Source of the DNA: Eubacteriales bacterium
Lineage (GTDB): Bacteria > Bacillota > Clostridia > Oscillospirales > CAG-382
Length of the DNA stretch: 64,000 nucleotides
Assembly (NCBI GenBank): GCA_028702135.1
Contig: JAQVPJ010000009.1
Location: 5,339 to 69,338 of the forward strand
Direction: 5' to 3'
The translations under genes and the position numbers were made by a program. This document shows, in pieces, positions 1-9,570 of the stretch; position 1 is the first letter of the stretch, and each line of letters opens with the position of its first letter. The notes under the pieces were generated by a model. That model ran no database searches. It was not told the DNA's origin and saw only the letters and a list, made by a program, of their open reading frames with translations.

Positions 1-681
1 TATGGTCTGCTCGTTTATGGGATATTTGTTTTCGATAAACGCAGGCACGAACATGCGGGTATCGTTTACATAATCCTCCAATACCTGAATGGCTTTCCTC
101 TTTTTATCCTCAATGAGGATAACACATTTTTTTATGCTCAGCGCGTGCATGAGTATTTTTGCACCGTTAATTAACTCCTTTGGTCGCTCAAGCAGCAATC
201 TGTAGAGCGCGGTCGTGTAAACATCATGCTCGCAGCAATTTATAATGATTCTTTTCAGATTACCCTTATGCTCCGAGAGTTTTATATACATGGGTTTCTC
301 ATCAAAGCAATCGATAACGGAGTACTGCTTCAAAAGCGCACATATCTCATCTGCGGATAACTCCAAAAGTGGTTTTTTTATCCCTTTTATTCCCTCAAAC
401 GGTGTGTCTTTTTTATCGTTTTCGATAGCGATATACCTGTGCTCACCCTCTTTTGCCGTTCCCTTAACGATTCCGGAAACGCTTGAATATAACTGCATTC
501 CGTCATCTCTTACCGCCACTGCCTGTCCCATGGCAACAGTACCTCCCGCCTCGACCAAAGGGGAGACATAACCGTCGATGGGGATATACACAAGCTCGGG
601 AGGTGTAACATAACGGAGCGGATAATCTCGGCTGTATTTTTTATTTTCGGGTTTGATACCGCCAAAGAAGGTTAATGGCAC
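1..681 (-). CDS. RnfC-like protein, N-terminal part (gene runs off the window start)
   Basis: Minus-strand frame is open to position 1, so it is absent from the ORF track. GTG at 681-679 follows a GGAGGAAAT RBS. Translation VPLTFFGGIKPENKKY...SSVSGIVKG...IINCCEHDVY resembles the RnfC N-terminal barrel-sandwich region. The canonical GxGGAGFP motif is not seen. Confidence 0.5.
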   Translation of the reverse strand, partial: MPLTFFGGIKPENKKYSRDYPLRYVTPPELVYIPIDGYVSPLVEAGGTVAMGQAVAVRDDGMQLYSSVSGIVKGTAKEGEHRYIAIENDKKDTPFEGIKGIKKPLLELSADEICALLKQYSVIDCFDEKPMYIKLSEHKGNLKRIIINCCEHDVYTTALYRLLLERPKELINGAKILMHALSIKKCVILIEDKKRKAIQVLEDYVNDTRMFVPAFIENKYPINEQTI

Positions 682-843
682 AAAAATTTCCTCCGCAATT
701 CTACAAAACTGATTTAAGAACTACTTATCATTTTATTATAAATATCTCTCACATTATAGCATAATATGTGATATTTTCAAGTAAATTTTTGTATTGAAAT
801 ATTTGAGCGAATATTGTACAATGGTAAAAACGGGGGTGAGCCA

Positions 844-1380
844 TTGGAGCTTAACGATAAGTTCGACATAAAAGTGTTTATTTTATTTCTGTTGAGCAAT
901 TTAGACGAGCCGCTTGAGTTTTCGACGGTAAACGATATTGTTATACAGGACGGTTTTGTTAATTACTTTGATTTTGCCATTTGCTTCGCCGAGTTGCTGG
1001 AGGCAGGTCAGATTACCGAAACTGACGAAGTAAAGCCGCTTTATGCCATTTCCGAGGCGGGACGCATGGCTATTGAGAGCTACGAGAGTACGATTTTCAA
1101 CTCGGTTAAAGAAAAAGCTCTGCGGTCTGCATTAAGACTATTGGCTTTCAACCGAAGCGGCAATAGAATAACGAGCTCGCTGACGGAATGCAAAGGCGGT
1201 TATATTCTTAAATGCAGTATTAAGGACAGCGAGCGTGTACTATACGATACCGAGGTTTTTCTTACCGAAAGGCATTATGCCGAAAAGCTAAAGGCGAATT
1301 TTGATGAAAAAGCAGAGATAATATATAAGGGTACGCTCGCTCTTTTATCGGGCGACGTAAATTTTATTTTTGATGAATAA
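844..1380 (+). CDS. DUF4364-like protein (putative winged-helix regulator)
   Basis: ORF 814-1380. The likely start is the in-frame TTG at 844, 5 nt after GGGGGTG. The N-terminus (KVFILFLLSNLDEPLEFSTVNDIV...NYFDF...ELLEAGQI) looks like DUF4364 family proteins of Clostridia. It overlaps the nth start. Confidence 0.55.
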   Translation: MELNDKFDIKVFILFLLSNLDEPLEFSTVNDIVIQDGFVNYFDFAICFAELLEAGQITETDEVKPLYAISEAGRMAIESYESTIFNSVKEKALRSALRLLAFNRSGNRITSSLTECKGGYILKCSIKDSERVLYDTEVFLTERHYAEKLKANFDEKAEIIYKGTLALLSGDVNFIFDE

Positions 1381-2008
1381 CAAGAAAAAAGCCGAAAAAG
1401 TGATTAAAATGTTGGAGGAGAGCTATCCGGACGCACAATGCGGTCTTGAAGCGGAAAAGGACCCTTTCAAGCTGCTCGTTATGGCGGTGCTCTCCGCACA
1501 GACGACCGACAAAATCGTTAATAAGGTTGCCAAAACGCTCTTTATTCGTTTTCCAACCCCCGAATCCATCGCATACAGCGAACCGGGTGAATTAAAGCAG
1601 GAGATACGGTCAATAGGACTATATAACAGCAAATCGAAGAATCTCAGGCTTGCCTGTCGCCGTCTTGTAGAGGTTTACGGCAGTGTTTTGCCCTCAGACA
1701 TGGACGAGCTGCTCACGCTTGCCGGCGTCGGGCGAAAGGTCGCAAACCTTATACGGGGAGATTTGTTCGGACTTGGCGGCATTGTAGCCGACACCCATTG
1801 CATTCGCATATGCGGACGGCTCGGCTTTGTCGAAAGCAAAAACCCGATTGTTGTCGAACGCACTATGGATGCTTTGATACCTAAGGAAGCCCAGAGTGAT
1901 TTTTGTCACAGAATTGTCCTTTTCGGGCGGGAAATCTGTAATGCAAAAAAGCCCCTTTGTGAGAGGTGCTTTTTAAAGGAATACTGCTGTTACATAAAGA
2001 GCAGTTGA
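1373..2008 (+). CDS. nth: Endonuclease III
   Basis: HhH-GPD motifs (LSAQTTD, LAGVGRKVANL) and a C-terminal 4Fe-4S cluster CX6CX2CX5C (CNAKKPLCERCFLKEYC). Confidence 0.92.
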   Translation: MNNKKKAEKVIKMLEESYPDAQCGLEAEKDPFKLLVMAVLSAQTTDKIVNKVAKTLFIRFPTPESIAYSEPGELKQEIRSIGLYNSKSKNLRLACRRLVEVYGSVLPSDMDELLTLAGVGRKVANLIRGDLFGLGGIVADTHCIRICGRLGFVESKNPIVVERTMDALIPKEAQSDFCHRIVLFGREICNAKKPLCERCFLKEYCCYIKSS

Positions 2009-2025
2009 GTATTAACGGCTTGCAG

Positions 2026-3192
2026 TCATGCATTCTCCCTGTCTATTTCAATGACAGTAAACAGGGTTGCATCGGCTTTACGGACTTTTTCTGATATTTC
2101 TTCTTTTATAGCCGCTTCCGGTTTTTTTATGTCGTACGGAACGACAATATCGAAGATAACGTTCGTATGCGTAGGACCAGTTACTATACGGAAGTCGTGT
2201 ATCGTTATCCGCGAATCAATATCGGCGATCAGCGCTGTTACCAGCTCCTTTGTTTCAAGCGTTTTCGGATCCGAGGTCAGAATAGGGTCCATATGAATAA
2301 CTGCGGTGCAACCGAATTTATTATGTATCTCCTTTTCGATATTGTCTATTACATCGTGAACCGCCAATATGTCAGCTTCGGCGGGAACCTCTGCATGCAG
2401 AGAAATCATCTGCCGCCCGGGTCCGTAGTCATGTACGATAAGGTCATGTATCCCGACCACCTCAGGATGAGCCAAAACGGTTTCCTTTATTCCCCTGACA
2501 AATTCGCTATCGGGAGGCTGACCTAAAAGGGGACTCATCGTATCCCTTACGGAGGTATAGCCCGTAAACAGCACGAACAGAGCAACCAATAGACCAAAGT
2601 ACCCGTCAGTATTTAATCCGGTATAATATGTTATAAGCATTGATATGAGAACAGCTCCTGTCGCAAGGCAATCGCTAATGCTGTCCTTAGCTGCCGCCCT
2701 CATCGCTGAGGAGCCGAGCTTCCTGCCGATTCTGCTGTTGTAAAATGCCATATACGATTTTACCGCTATCGAGATGATAAGCACAACAAACGCTGTCGAT
2801 GAAAGGTCAATCTCGGTCGGAGTAATTATTTTTGAAATGGAGGATTTAAGTAGTTCAATACCGACCAGAAGTATAATCAAAGATACTATCAGGCCCGATA
2901 TGTATTCCAAACGCCCGTGTCCGAACGGATGAGCAATATCCGGTTTTTGTGCGGATACCTTGAACCCTACCGCTGTAACGATTGAACTTCCAGCATCAGA
3001 AAGGTTATTGAACGCATCTGCGGTTATGGCAATAGAACCGCTTAATATTCCCGCAAAATACTTTATGCAAAAAAGCAGAACATTAAGGAAGATTCCCAAA
3101 ACGCCGCACATAACACCGTAGCTTTGTCTTACCTTCTTTGAGGAATACTCCTTATTATTCTTTATAAATAATCTTGCTAAAAGCGTAATCAA
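2026..3192 (-). CDS. Cation diffusion facilitator family transporter
   Basis: Six predicted TM helices, metal-site motifs (ITADAFNNLSD, HPFGHGR) and a C-terminal cytoplasmic dimerisation domain. TTG start follows an AAAGGGAG RBS. Confidence 0.88.
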   Translation of the reverse strand: MITLLARLFIKNNKEYSSKKVRQSYGVMCGVLGIFLNVLLFCIKYFAGILSGSIAITADAFNNLSDAGSSIVTAVGFKVSAQKPDIAHPFGHGRLEYISGLIVSLIILLVGIELLKSSISKIITPTEIDLSSTAFVVLIISIAVKSYMAFYNSRIGRKLGSSAMRAAAKDSISDCLATGAVLISMLITYYTGLNTDGYFGLLVALFVLFTGYTSVRDTMSPLLGQPPDSEFVRGIKETVLAHPEVVGIHDLIVHDYGPGRQMISLHAEVPAEADILAVHDVIDNIEKEIHNKFGCTAVIHMDPILTSDPKTLETKELVTALIADIDSRITIHDFRIVTGPTHTNVIFDIVVPYDIKKPEAAIKEEISEKVRKADATLFTVIEIDRENA

Positions 3193-3502
3193 AAAATTAC
3201 TCCCTTTTTAGAACTATTTTTTATGTAATCTGTGAAAAATCCTTTTATATTATTTACATACCAAGCGATTTATTCTTACCTGAAACAGAATGTAATAACT
3301 ATATAATTTTTGGTCATTTTAATTCATTTTAAGCGTTAAGTCAACTATAATGGTATAATTTTAACATAAGCAGATTAAAAACCCTGTCGAACTCAGGCAA
3401 TTATTTTACGGTCCGGTTAATCCATTTATATGCAACTGGTATTTTTTAGTGCCTTTTGATACTGTATCGTAATGTAAATAATACAGCGGTCGATATATTA
3501 TA

Positions 3503-3531
3503 TTGACAGATAGTTTAACAAAGAGTATAAT
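3503..3531 (+). promoter_or_regulatory. Sigma-A type promoter for the diguanylate cyclase gene
   Basis: TTGACA (3503-3508), 17-nt spacer, TATAAT (3526-3531). Both hexamers match the consensus exactly. Confidence 0.6.
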
Positions 3532-3686
3532 AAGTTTGCCGTTAATGAAAATTTTTGTTGTATAAAATAATAATTATGTTACACTTATTGTTAAATTATT
3601 TTTGAACAGTTTCGAAAAATGTTGAACATCGCATCTTTTTGTATGGTCCGTCGGATATTGTAGGTCTGCAAGGGGGAGATGATTTT

Positions 3687-6377
3687 TTGAGCAGTCTGCA
3701 TAATAAAATCACAAGACATATAAATCTGCTGACTTTTTTAGGGATAATAGTTATTATTCTTATGTCTTTTGCATTTTTATTTGATTTCACTGTAAAGAGC
3801 TCCGAGCTGACTGAAGATGCGAATAAAACACAGCTTGGTGAAATCGCTATGCAAACATCAAATCTTGTTGAAACAAAAATCAATGACTTGCTGTGCTTTG
3901 TTCAGTGTGCCGCGGAGACATTCAGTGACTATGAGGACCTTATATCAGACGAATCATTTGACAGACTGAGGATTATAAACAAATCAGGCAGCTTTGACAG
4001 GGTTCGGGTAGTGCTGCCCGATGGCAGAAGCTATGACGAAAACGGAGAATGTGTTGATGTTTCGGAACGCTACTATCTTGTAAACGCTCTCAACGGTAAT
4101 AGCGGTATTAGCAATTTACTCGATTCTATTTATAATACTGAGAAGATTATAATTTTCTATACGCCGATTTATCAAAATGGAAGTGTTATCGGCGTTCTTA
4201 CGGGGGTATACGAAGCAAAAAGCCTTTCCACCGCAATAAATATGAGCAGTTTTGGGGGTCACGGTTATGCCAGTATAGTTGAAGCGAACGGTGATGTCAT
4301 CATATCTCCGGGCAAAAACGATCTGTCGGAGAACAAAACATATAATGTTTGGGAGAAGCTTTCAAATGCAGAATTCTCAAACGGATACAACCTGGACAGT
4401 ATAAGAACGGGTGTAAAGAACGGCGAGAGCGGCATTACAGAGTATACACTTGATGGCAAAAAAAGATATACATACTTTATGCCGATACGGAATTCTGACA
4501 ACCTAACACAGGATTCCGAGTGGTATGTAATGCAGACGATACCCGAAACCGTGATGAAAATTCAGACTGGATATATTAATGAGATTTCCACCGCTCTGCT
4601 CTTAAAGGTTATCGTGCTTTTTATTGTTGTATTCGCTTTTTCCTGGTATTATAACGCTGCTGCCAAAAAAAGCGTTTCATATGCGAAACAGCAGCTTGAT
4701 TCTGTTGTGAACACCGTGCCGGGCGGAGTTGCGAAATGCTCGGTAAGCGACGGATACCCTTTCTTGTTTGTAAGCGAAGGCTTTTTGAAAATGATAGGCA
4801 GCAAGCAGGAGGATTTTTCAGACAGCAGCAAGAACAGTCTTATCACACATATTCATCCCGACGACAGGAAGGAAGTCGAAAAGGCTCTGCAAAATCAGAA
4901 TATCGGGCAAATCGAGGAATTGAAATACAGAATCAGGGATTCCTCCGGTAATACGATCTGGGTGCTAAACAAATGTATGCGTACGATCGACAAGCATGAA
5001 AATACAGCTTGTCTTTATTGCGCCTGTATTGATATAACCGACGAAATGAAGCTTAATCAGGATTTACTGCTCAGTAACGAGCGCTTCAAGATGGTTATGC
5101 AGCAGACTTCAAATATTGTGTTCGAATATGATTCAGAGACAGACAGGATACACTTTATTACAAAATCCAATTCCTATTACAGATTGCCGAGGGTTATTGA
5201 CAACGGACCATTTTATTTTATTGAAAACGGCATTGTATTTGTAGAATTCGCCGAACATTTCCTCAACTGCTTTAAATCAATGTCAAGAGCTGAAACGAAT
5301 ATGGTTTCGATGATTCTGAAGCTCAGACGTGCTGATGGGAAGGCGGTTTGGAATAGGCTGACTATATCGGCTATCAACGACCCTTCGGGTAAATCCTACC
5401 ATTCGATAGGTACATTCGAGGATATCCATCAGACAAAGGAGGCGCAGATGAGACAGCGGCGTGAAGAGAAGTACCGTGCCGCAATGCTCTCAGATACAAT
5501 TGCCACTTATGAAATCAACCTTACAAAAGATAAGTATATCAAGATAAACTCAAGCGAGACGATCCTAAAGACACTAAGTATTCACGACACCTATTCAAAC
5601 AATTTAAACAAAATCTGCAACACCCTGATTTATCCAGATGACAGAACACTTTTTTTGAGTGTATATGAAAAAGATAAGATAATCGAATCATATAACAGCG
5701 GAAGGATAATCCTCTATCAGGAATACCGTCATATCGATGAAGACGGACAGCCTTTTTGGATTTCCAGTACGACAAATCTTATGTCGGACCCCGAGAACGG
5801 AGATATCAAGGCTTTCTCCTATATAAAAGATATTGACAGGCAGAAAAATATTGAGCTTTCCATCAAGCGTAACTCCGAGCGTGACTCTCTGACCGACCTT
5901 TACAACCGCAAAGCGGCAATGAACCTGATATCAGAATACCTGAGGGATCCTGAAAACTCCTCGAAAAGAGGCGCGTTTATTTCAATAGATTTAGACTGTT
6001 TTAAGAACATTAACGATAAATACGGTCATATGGTCGGGGATGAGTTGCTGAATAAAGTTTCAATCAGCTTCAGAACCGTTTTCGATGGCTCCGATATTGT
6101 CGCAAGAATGGGCGGCGACGAGTTTATAGTGTTTATGAAAAATGCCGGAAAGAGAGTCGATATTCTTGCAAAAGCGCTTGAAGCGAGCAGATCAATCAGC
6201 AAGCCATCCATAGAAGATAAAAAAGATATATGCATTACGACAAGCATGGGAATCGCACTTTCACCGATTCATGGAAGCTCTTTTGAGGAGCTGTACAGAA
6301 ATTCGGACAAAGCTCTTTACCATGCTAAAAGAACAGGTAAGGACCGCTGTGTATTTTATGACGAGGGTATGGGATAA
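3687..6377 (+). CDS. Sensor diguanylate cyclase (Cache-TM-PAS-PAS-GGDEF)
   Basis: N-terminal TM helix, periplasmic Cache-like domain, second TM helix, two PAS-like regions, and a C-terminal GGDEF domain with an intact RMGGDEFIVF motif. ORF opens at 3639, but TTG at 3687 lies 8 nt after GGGGGAG and is the better start. Confidence 0.9.
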   Translation: MSSLHNKITRHINLLTFLGIIVIILMSFAFLFDFTVKSSELTEDANKTQLGEIAMQTSNLVETKINDLLCFVQCAAETFSDYEDLISDESFDRLRIINKSGSFDRVRVVLPDGRSYDENGECVDVSERYYLVNALNGNSGISNLLDSIYNTEKIIIFYTPIYQNGSVIGVLTGVYEAKSLSTAINMSSFGGHGYASIVEANGDVIISPGKNDLSENKTYNVWEKLSNAEFSNGYNLDSIRTGVKNGESGITEYTLDGKKRYTYFMPIRNSDNLTQDSEWYVMQTIPETVMKIQTGYINEISTALLLKVIVLFIVVFAFSWYYNAAAKKSVSYAKQQLDSVVNTVPGGVAKCSVSDGYPFLFVSEGFLKMIGSKQEDFSDSSKNSLITHIHPDDRKEVEKALQNQNIGQIEELKYRIRDSSGNTIWVLNKCMRTIDKHENTACLYCACIDITDEMKLNQDLLLSNERFKMVMQQTSNIVFEYDSETDRIHFITKSNSYYRLPRVIDNGPFYFIENGIVFVEFAEHFLNCFKSMSRAETNMVSMILKLRRADGKAVWNRLTISAINDPSGKSYHSIGTFEDIHQTKEAQMRQRREEKYRAAMLSDTIATYEINLTKDKYIKINSSETILKTLSIHDTYSNNLNKICNTLIYPDDRTLFLSVYEKDKIIESYNSGRIILYQEYRHIDEDGQPFWISSTTNLMSDPENGDIKAFSYIKDIDRQKNIELSIKRNSERDSLTDLYNRKAAMNLISEYLRDPENSSKRGAFISIDLDCFKNINDKYGHMVGDELLNKVSISFRTVFDGSDIVARMGGDEFIVFMKNAGKRVDILAKALEASRSISKPSIEDKKDICITTSMGIALSPIHGSSFEELYRNSDKALYHAKRTGKDRCVFYDEGMG

Positions 6378-6391
6378 TCAACATAATACAG

Positions 6392-6434
6392 AGCTGCTGC
6401 AGATTTTCATAAATCGGTCTGCAGCAGCTTTTTG
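6392..6434 (+). terminator. Intrinsic terminator after the diguanylate cyclase gene
   Basis: 12-bp stem AGCTGCTGCAGA / TCTGCAGCAGCT followed by TTTTT. Confidence 0.8.
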
Positions 6435-6456
6435 CTTGTCTGATATTCAAAGCAAC

Positions 6457-6485
6457 GAAAAGCTCCTAAAATCAGGAGCTTTTCT
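6457..6485 (-). terminator. Intrinsic terminator after the 6543-7313 gene
   Basis: Stem AAAGCTCCT / AGGAGCTTT with T-runs on both strands, located just 3' of the minus-strand stop codon. Confidence 0.7.
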
Positions 6486-6542
6486 ACTACTTATGCTCCA
6501 AAGATGCAGTATGGTTTTTTCTCTCTTTTACTGCTTATGAGC

Positions 6543-7313
6543 TTATTTCTTTCTCTTTACAGCTATAATAATTATTGATCCTATAACCACGACGGCTGCG
6601 ATTGCGATAAGTATTATGGTTGTTTTATCAAGACCATCTTTACCGCTGTCGCTTGTAGTGATTTCAGATGATTTTGACGGAGCGGAGCTTTCGACATCCT
6701 CACTATCGGCAGCCGAATTTGTTGGTTTTGACACCTCTGCGTTGCTATCATCCCCGGATTTTGAGGGCTCGCTTGATTCAGCTTTCGATGACTCATCTCC
6801 AGAAGAAGTGTCCAAAATCGGTTCATCGACAGAGAGCACTGCCTTTCCGTCTGTTACTTTCTCACCTGCAAGATCTATTCCGGAAAGCGTTACAGACATA
6901 TCCTTTTTAACCAGTGCAGCAGCTTTTTTTTGTTCCTTATTCTTTGCGTTAGGGGAACTGTCGGAATGGATAGCGATTAAAATCTCATCTTCACCTATAC
7001 TCAGTTTGCTTGGATCCTCACATCCGGCTACAGCGTTTGCCGTCACCTTATAAACATTGTCCGATACTTTTTTACAGATAAAATACGTAACGAATTTGAG
7101 GTTTGCGGTTTGAGCTTCCTCTTTGTTTGTGATTATAACTGCGTCCTCACCTTTGATTACACCGTTGACATAGTTTATATTGAACTCATAGCCGTCGATT
7201 TTGATTTCGGCAGTGCTCTCCTCCGCACTTGTAAATAAAGCAGATATTGTTCCGATAAGTAAAGCTGTAACAAGTATTGCCAGAATTTTCTTCATTGACA
7301 TTAATCCTTTCAT
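6543..7313 (-). CDS. Secreted protein, C-terminally membrane-anchored, unknown function
   Basis: Signal peptide (KKILAILVTALLIGTISALFTSA), a beta-rich module of about 130 aa, a Ser/Asp/Glu-rich linker, and a C-terminal TM helix followed by KRKK. Confidence 0.7.
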   Translation of the reverse strand: MKGLMSMKKILAILVTALLIGTISALFTSAEESTAEIKIDGYEFNINYVNGVIKGEDAVIITNKEEAQTANLKFVTYFICKKVSDNVYKVTANAVAGCEDPSKLSIGEDEILIAIHSDSSPNAKNKEQKKAAALVKKDMSVTLSGIDLAGEKVTDGKAVLSVDEPILDTSSGDESSKAESSEPSKSGDDSNAEVSKPTNSAADSEDVESSAPSKSSEITTSDSGKDGLDKTTIILIAIAAVVVIGSIIIIAVKRKK

Positions 7314-7849
7314 ATTTTTTGATTTTTGTTTAAAGTATTATATCACGTTATTTTTTTTACGTCAATATAATTTTAAACGCTGTAACATAAAAAATGCTTG
7401 ATTGTCAATAACCGATGATGCTTTCAGGTAAAAAAAGAAGCCGACGCCTGTCTGCCTTGTAAAAGTGGCGAAGCCGTTAATACTAGCCTTTGAATAAGTA
7501 ACGACAATATAGTAGTTTTGGGTTATGGATAACTCAGTTTGTTATATCCCTTATTCGATTTACATCATACCAAGTTATTCCGTTAACACCCCATTTGTAG
7601 ACAAGAAATTCTAAAAGACTTTTGGTTGGTATCTGACCATTTGTTGTACTTATTCAGCTGTTTTTTCATCCTCAAGGTAACAACGGAGGTATTATGCTTC
7701 AAAACAGTCCTATGTATTACCGATTTCGTGACATTATTTACTGTTTTATATGTCATACAAGCGGTTATATATGATAATGCGTAAGTCAATAATGACATTT
7801 TTGAAAAGCCGAAAAGCATAGATAAATCAAGACAAATCATAAAAACATA

Positions 7850-7882
7850 GAAAAAGCAAGGACTATTAAATCCTTGCTTTTT
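7850..7882 (-). terminator. Intrinsic terminator directly 3' of tRNA-Leu
   Basis: On the minus strand, GCAAGGA-loop-TCCTTGC is followed by TTTTT, immediately after the CCA end. Confidence 0.75.
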
Positions 7883-7965
7883 TGGTGCGGCTAATGGGAA
7901 TTGAACCCATACGGTTGCCCACACGCCCCTCAAACGTGCGCGTCTGCCAGTTCCGCCACAGCCGC
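7883..7965 (-). tRNA. tRNA-Leu (anticodon GAG)
   Basis: Cloverleaf folded by hand. Acceptor stem is GCGGCTG/TAGCCGC. Anticodon stem CACGT/GCGTG carries loop TTGAGGG (anticodon GAG, plus-strand 7929-7931). A long variable arm, T-arm ATGGG-TTCAATT-CCCAT and an encoded CCA are present. Confidence 0.92.
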
Positions 7966-8027
7966 ATCCGTATTTTTGCACTGTTGTAAGAGGAGTTTAT
8001 TAATGCTTAAATAACAGCGCAAGAGTT

Positions 8028-8055
8028 ATTATACACGGTTTTGGAATTTTGTCAA
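8028..8055 (-). promoter_or_regulatory. Sigma-A type promoter upstream of tRNA-Leu
   Basis: Minus strand reads TTGACA, 16-nt spacer, TATAAT, about 55 nt upstream of the tRNA 5' end. Confidence 0.5.
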
Positions 8056-8070
8056 TACCTTTTTTATGAT

Positions 8071-8295
8071 TTAGAAGTTTAAAAGCTCGGGATCGCTGTT
8101 TTTATAAATCCTTCGCGGTCGCGGTTTGATTTTGAGCAAATCGAGCTTGAATTTTTTGCAAGTAGCTTCTGCCTTGACTATCCCGTTTATATCACAGACA
8201 CAAACCTCCGTATCCATAATCGGAGTTGAATGCTCGCAGTAAAAACAGTATCTCTCCTCGAATACTTCATTTTTTTTCAAAAACAGTCCCTCCAT
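8071..8295 (-). CDS. Small Cys-rich hypothetical protein
   Basis: 74-aa ORF with a CxxC...CxC...C pattern (CFYC, CVC, C), a possible Zn-binding fold. No family recognised. Confidence 0.45.
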   Translation of the reverse strand: MEGLFLKKNEVFEERYCFYCEHSTPIMDTEVCVCDINGIVKAEATCKKFKLDLLKIKPRPRRIYKNSDPELLNF

Positions 8296-8352
8296 GATTT
8301 TAAACGATTACATAAACTCCGTAAGATAGTATATTATATCCGCTTAAAAAAG

Positions 8353-9267
8353 TCAAGTTGTGCCGAAAACAAGCGATAGCAATCCTATGACCGCGGCGTT
8401 GAAAAAGCGTCCCGCTATGTACATCCGTGCCGAGAGCTTCCCGCGTATAACGGATATGACCTGCATTATGACGCATAAACCCGAAAAACCGATGATAATG
8501 CTAACCACAGCGGACTTTGCATATAGTTCGAGCTCTGTTGCCATAGCACATCCTGTGGCAAACTCAAAAAAACCTTTTACAAGCACTTTATAAAATCCCT
8601 TAAAGCGTAACGTATATAAAGCAAGCTCTCCCAAAACCGAAAAAACGACGATAAGGGCGCAGACAGATATCATCGTCATCGCAGACGCGCTTACCGCCTC
8701 GGCAAGTGATATACGCTTCCTGTTGATACGGGAGGATTTATTTATTCGTGTAAAGTCTGATTTATCCATATATGTAAACCGCAGAACTATCGCCAATAAT
8801 ACAGAAGAAAAGAGCTGAAATGCGGCAAGCCTGATACCTGTCCGAATATCTCCGAAAACAGCCATACCTATATAACCGAGCATAAAAGAAAGAGATGCAT
8901 TATTTGTAAAAGCACAGATATATTCAGCTCTTTTTTTACTTATTATACCCTTTTCATACAAATAGACCGCGCTGTTTGCTCCTACGGGAAAACCGCATAA
9001 CAAGCCGAGCAGCAGAACCTCCGCCTCGATTCCGTACCTTCCGCTTCCGGCGATTAAATCCGTAAACGGCATGGATATTATTATCTTCGCCAATACCATA
9101 TATACAAAAAGCGTAGGTACAATTACCCTCAAGCACAGATATAGGCTCTTCGTAACCGGAACAGACACAAGATCCGGACTTATGATAAGACGCAGAAAGA
9201 CGGCTATGACAAGAACATCGAAAGCGATTCCGATACCCTTTTTAAATGTTATTCTCAAAAAAATCAC
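8353..9267 (-). CDS. ylbJ: Nucleoside-recognition / YlbJ-like sporulation integral membrane protein
   Basis: Polytopic membrane protein. Motifs VIVPTLFVYMVL and LLGLLCGFPVGAN...FTNNASLSFMLGY resemble the YlbJ family. It is shorter than B. subtilis YlbJ. Confidence 0.6.
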   Translation of the reverse strand: MIFLRITFKKGIGIAFDVLVIAVFLRLIISPDLVSVPVTKSLYLCLRVIVPTLFVYMVLAKIIISMPFTDLIAGSGRYGIEAEVLLLGLLCGFPVGANSAVYLYEKGIISKKRAEYICAFTNNASLSFMLGYIGMAVFGDIRTGIRLAAFQLFSSVLLAIVLRFTYMDKSDFTRINKSSRINRKRISLAEAVSASAMTMISVCALIVVFSVLGELALYTLRFKGFYKVLVKGFFEFATGCAMATELELYAKSAVVSIIIGFSGLCVIMQVISVIRGKLSARMYIAGRFFNAAVIGLLSLVFGTT

Positions 9268-9345
9268 TCCGAGACAAGTATATATCCCTCACACTTGATA
9301 ATATACATTATTGACCGAGTATATTTGATAACAGGGTGAATATCT

Positions 9346-9570
9346 ATGAAAAAACAAGATTTTTTTGAAGGCGCGTATATCGAGCTGCGCGGCAACAGCG
9401 ACCTGCTTGTCGAGGGCTGCGAAGCGTTGCTTGATTACAACGAGGATCTTATTATTCTGCAGATCGGCAAGCAGGCTTTAAACATACACGGCAGGCATAT
9501 GCAAATGCGTTACCTTTCTGAAAAAAAGGTCGGTATCAGCGGATTTATAAAGGGTGTTATGTATGTATAA
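9346..9570 (+). CDS. yqfC: Sporulation protein YqfC (YabP family)
   Basis: 74-aa protein with the YabP/YqfC pattern (IELRGNSDLLVEGCEALLDYNEDLIILQIGKQALNIHGRHM...ISGFI). It overlaps the start of yqfD, as is typical. Confidence 0.8.
   Translation: MKKQDFFEGAYIELRGNSDLLVEGCEALLDYNEDLIILQIGKQALNIHGRHMQMRYLSEKKVGISGFIKGVMYV

Noticed and set aside
245-571. 108-aa plus-strand ORF in the ORF track
   Set aside because: It lies antisense inside a longer minus-strand frame that has an RBS and RnfC-like sequence. It has a low-complexity, hydrophobic composition and no RBS.
3193-3500. Metal-sensing (NiCo/czcD-type) riboswitch upstream of the CDF transporter
   Set aside because: The upstream region is AT-rich with only a weak 4-bp hairpin. 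I could not see a four-way-junction-like structure or conserved motifs.
7583-7981. 132-aa minus-strand ORF
   Set aside because: Its 5' third is the tRNA-Leu gene and terminator read as protein. It has no RBS. Only a faint recombinase-like stretch is noted separately as a low-interest finding.
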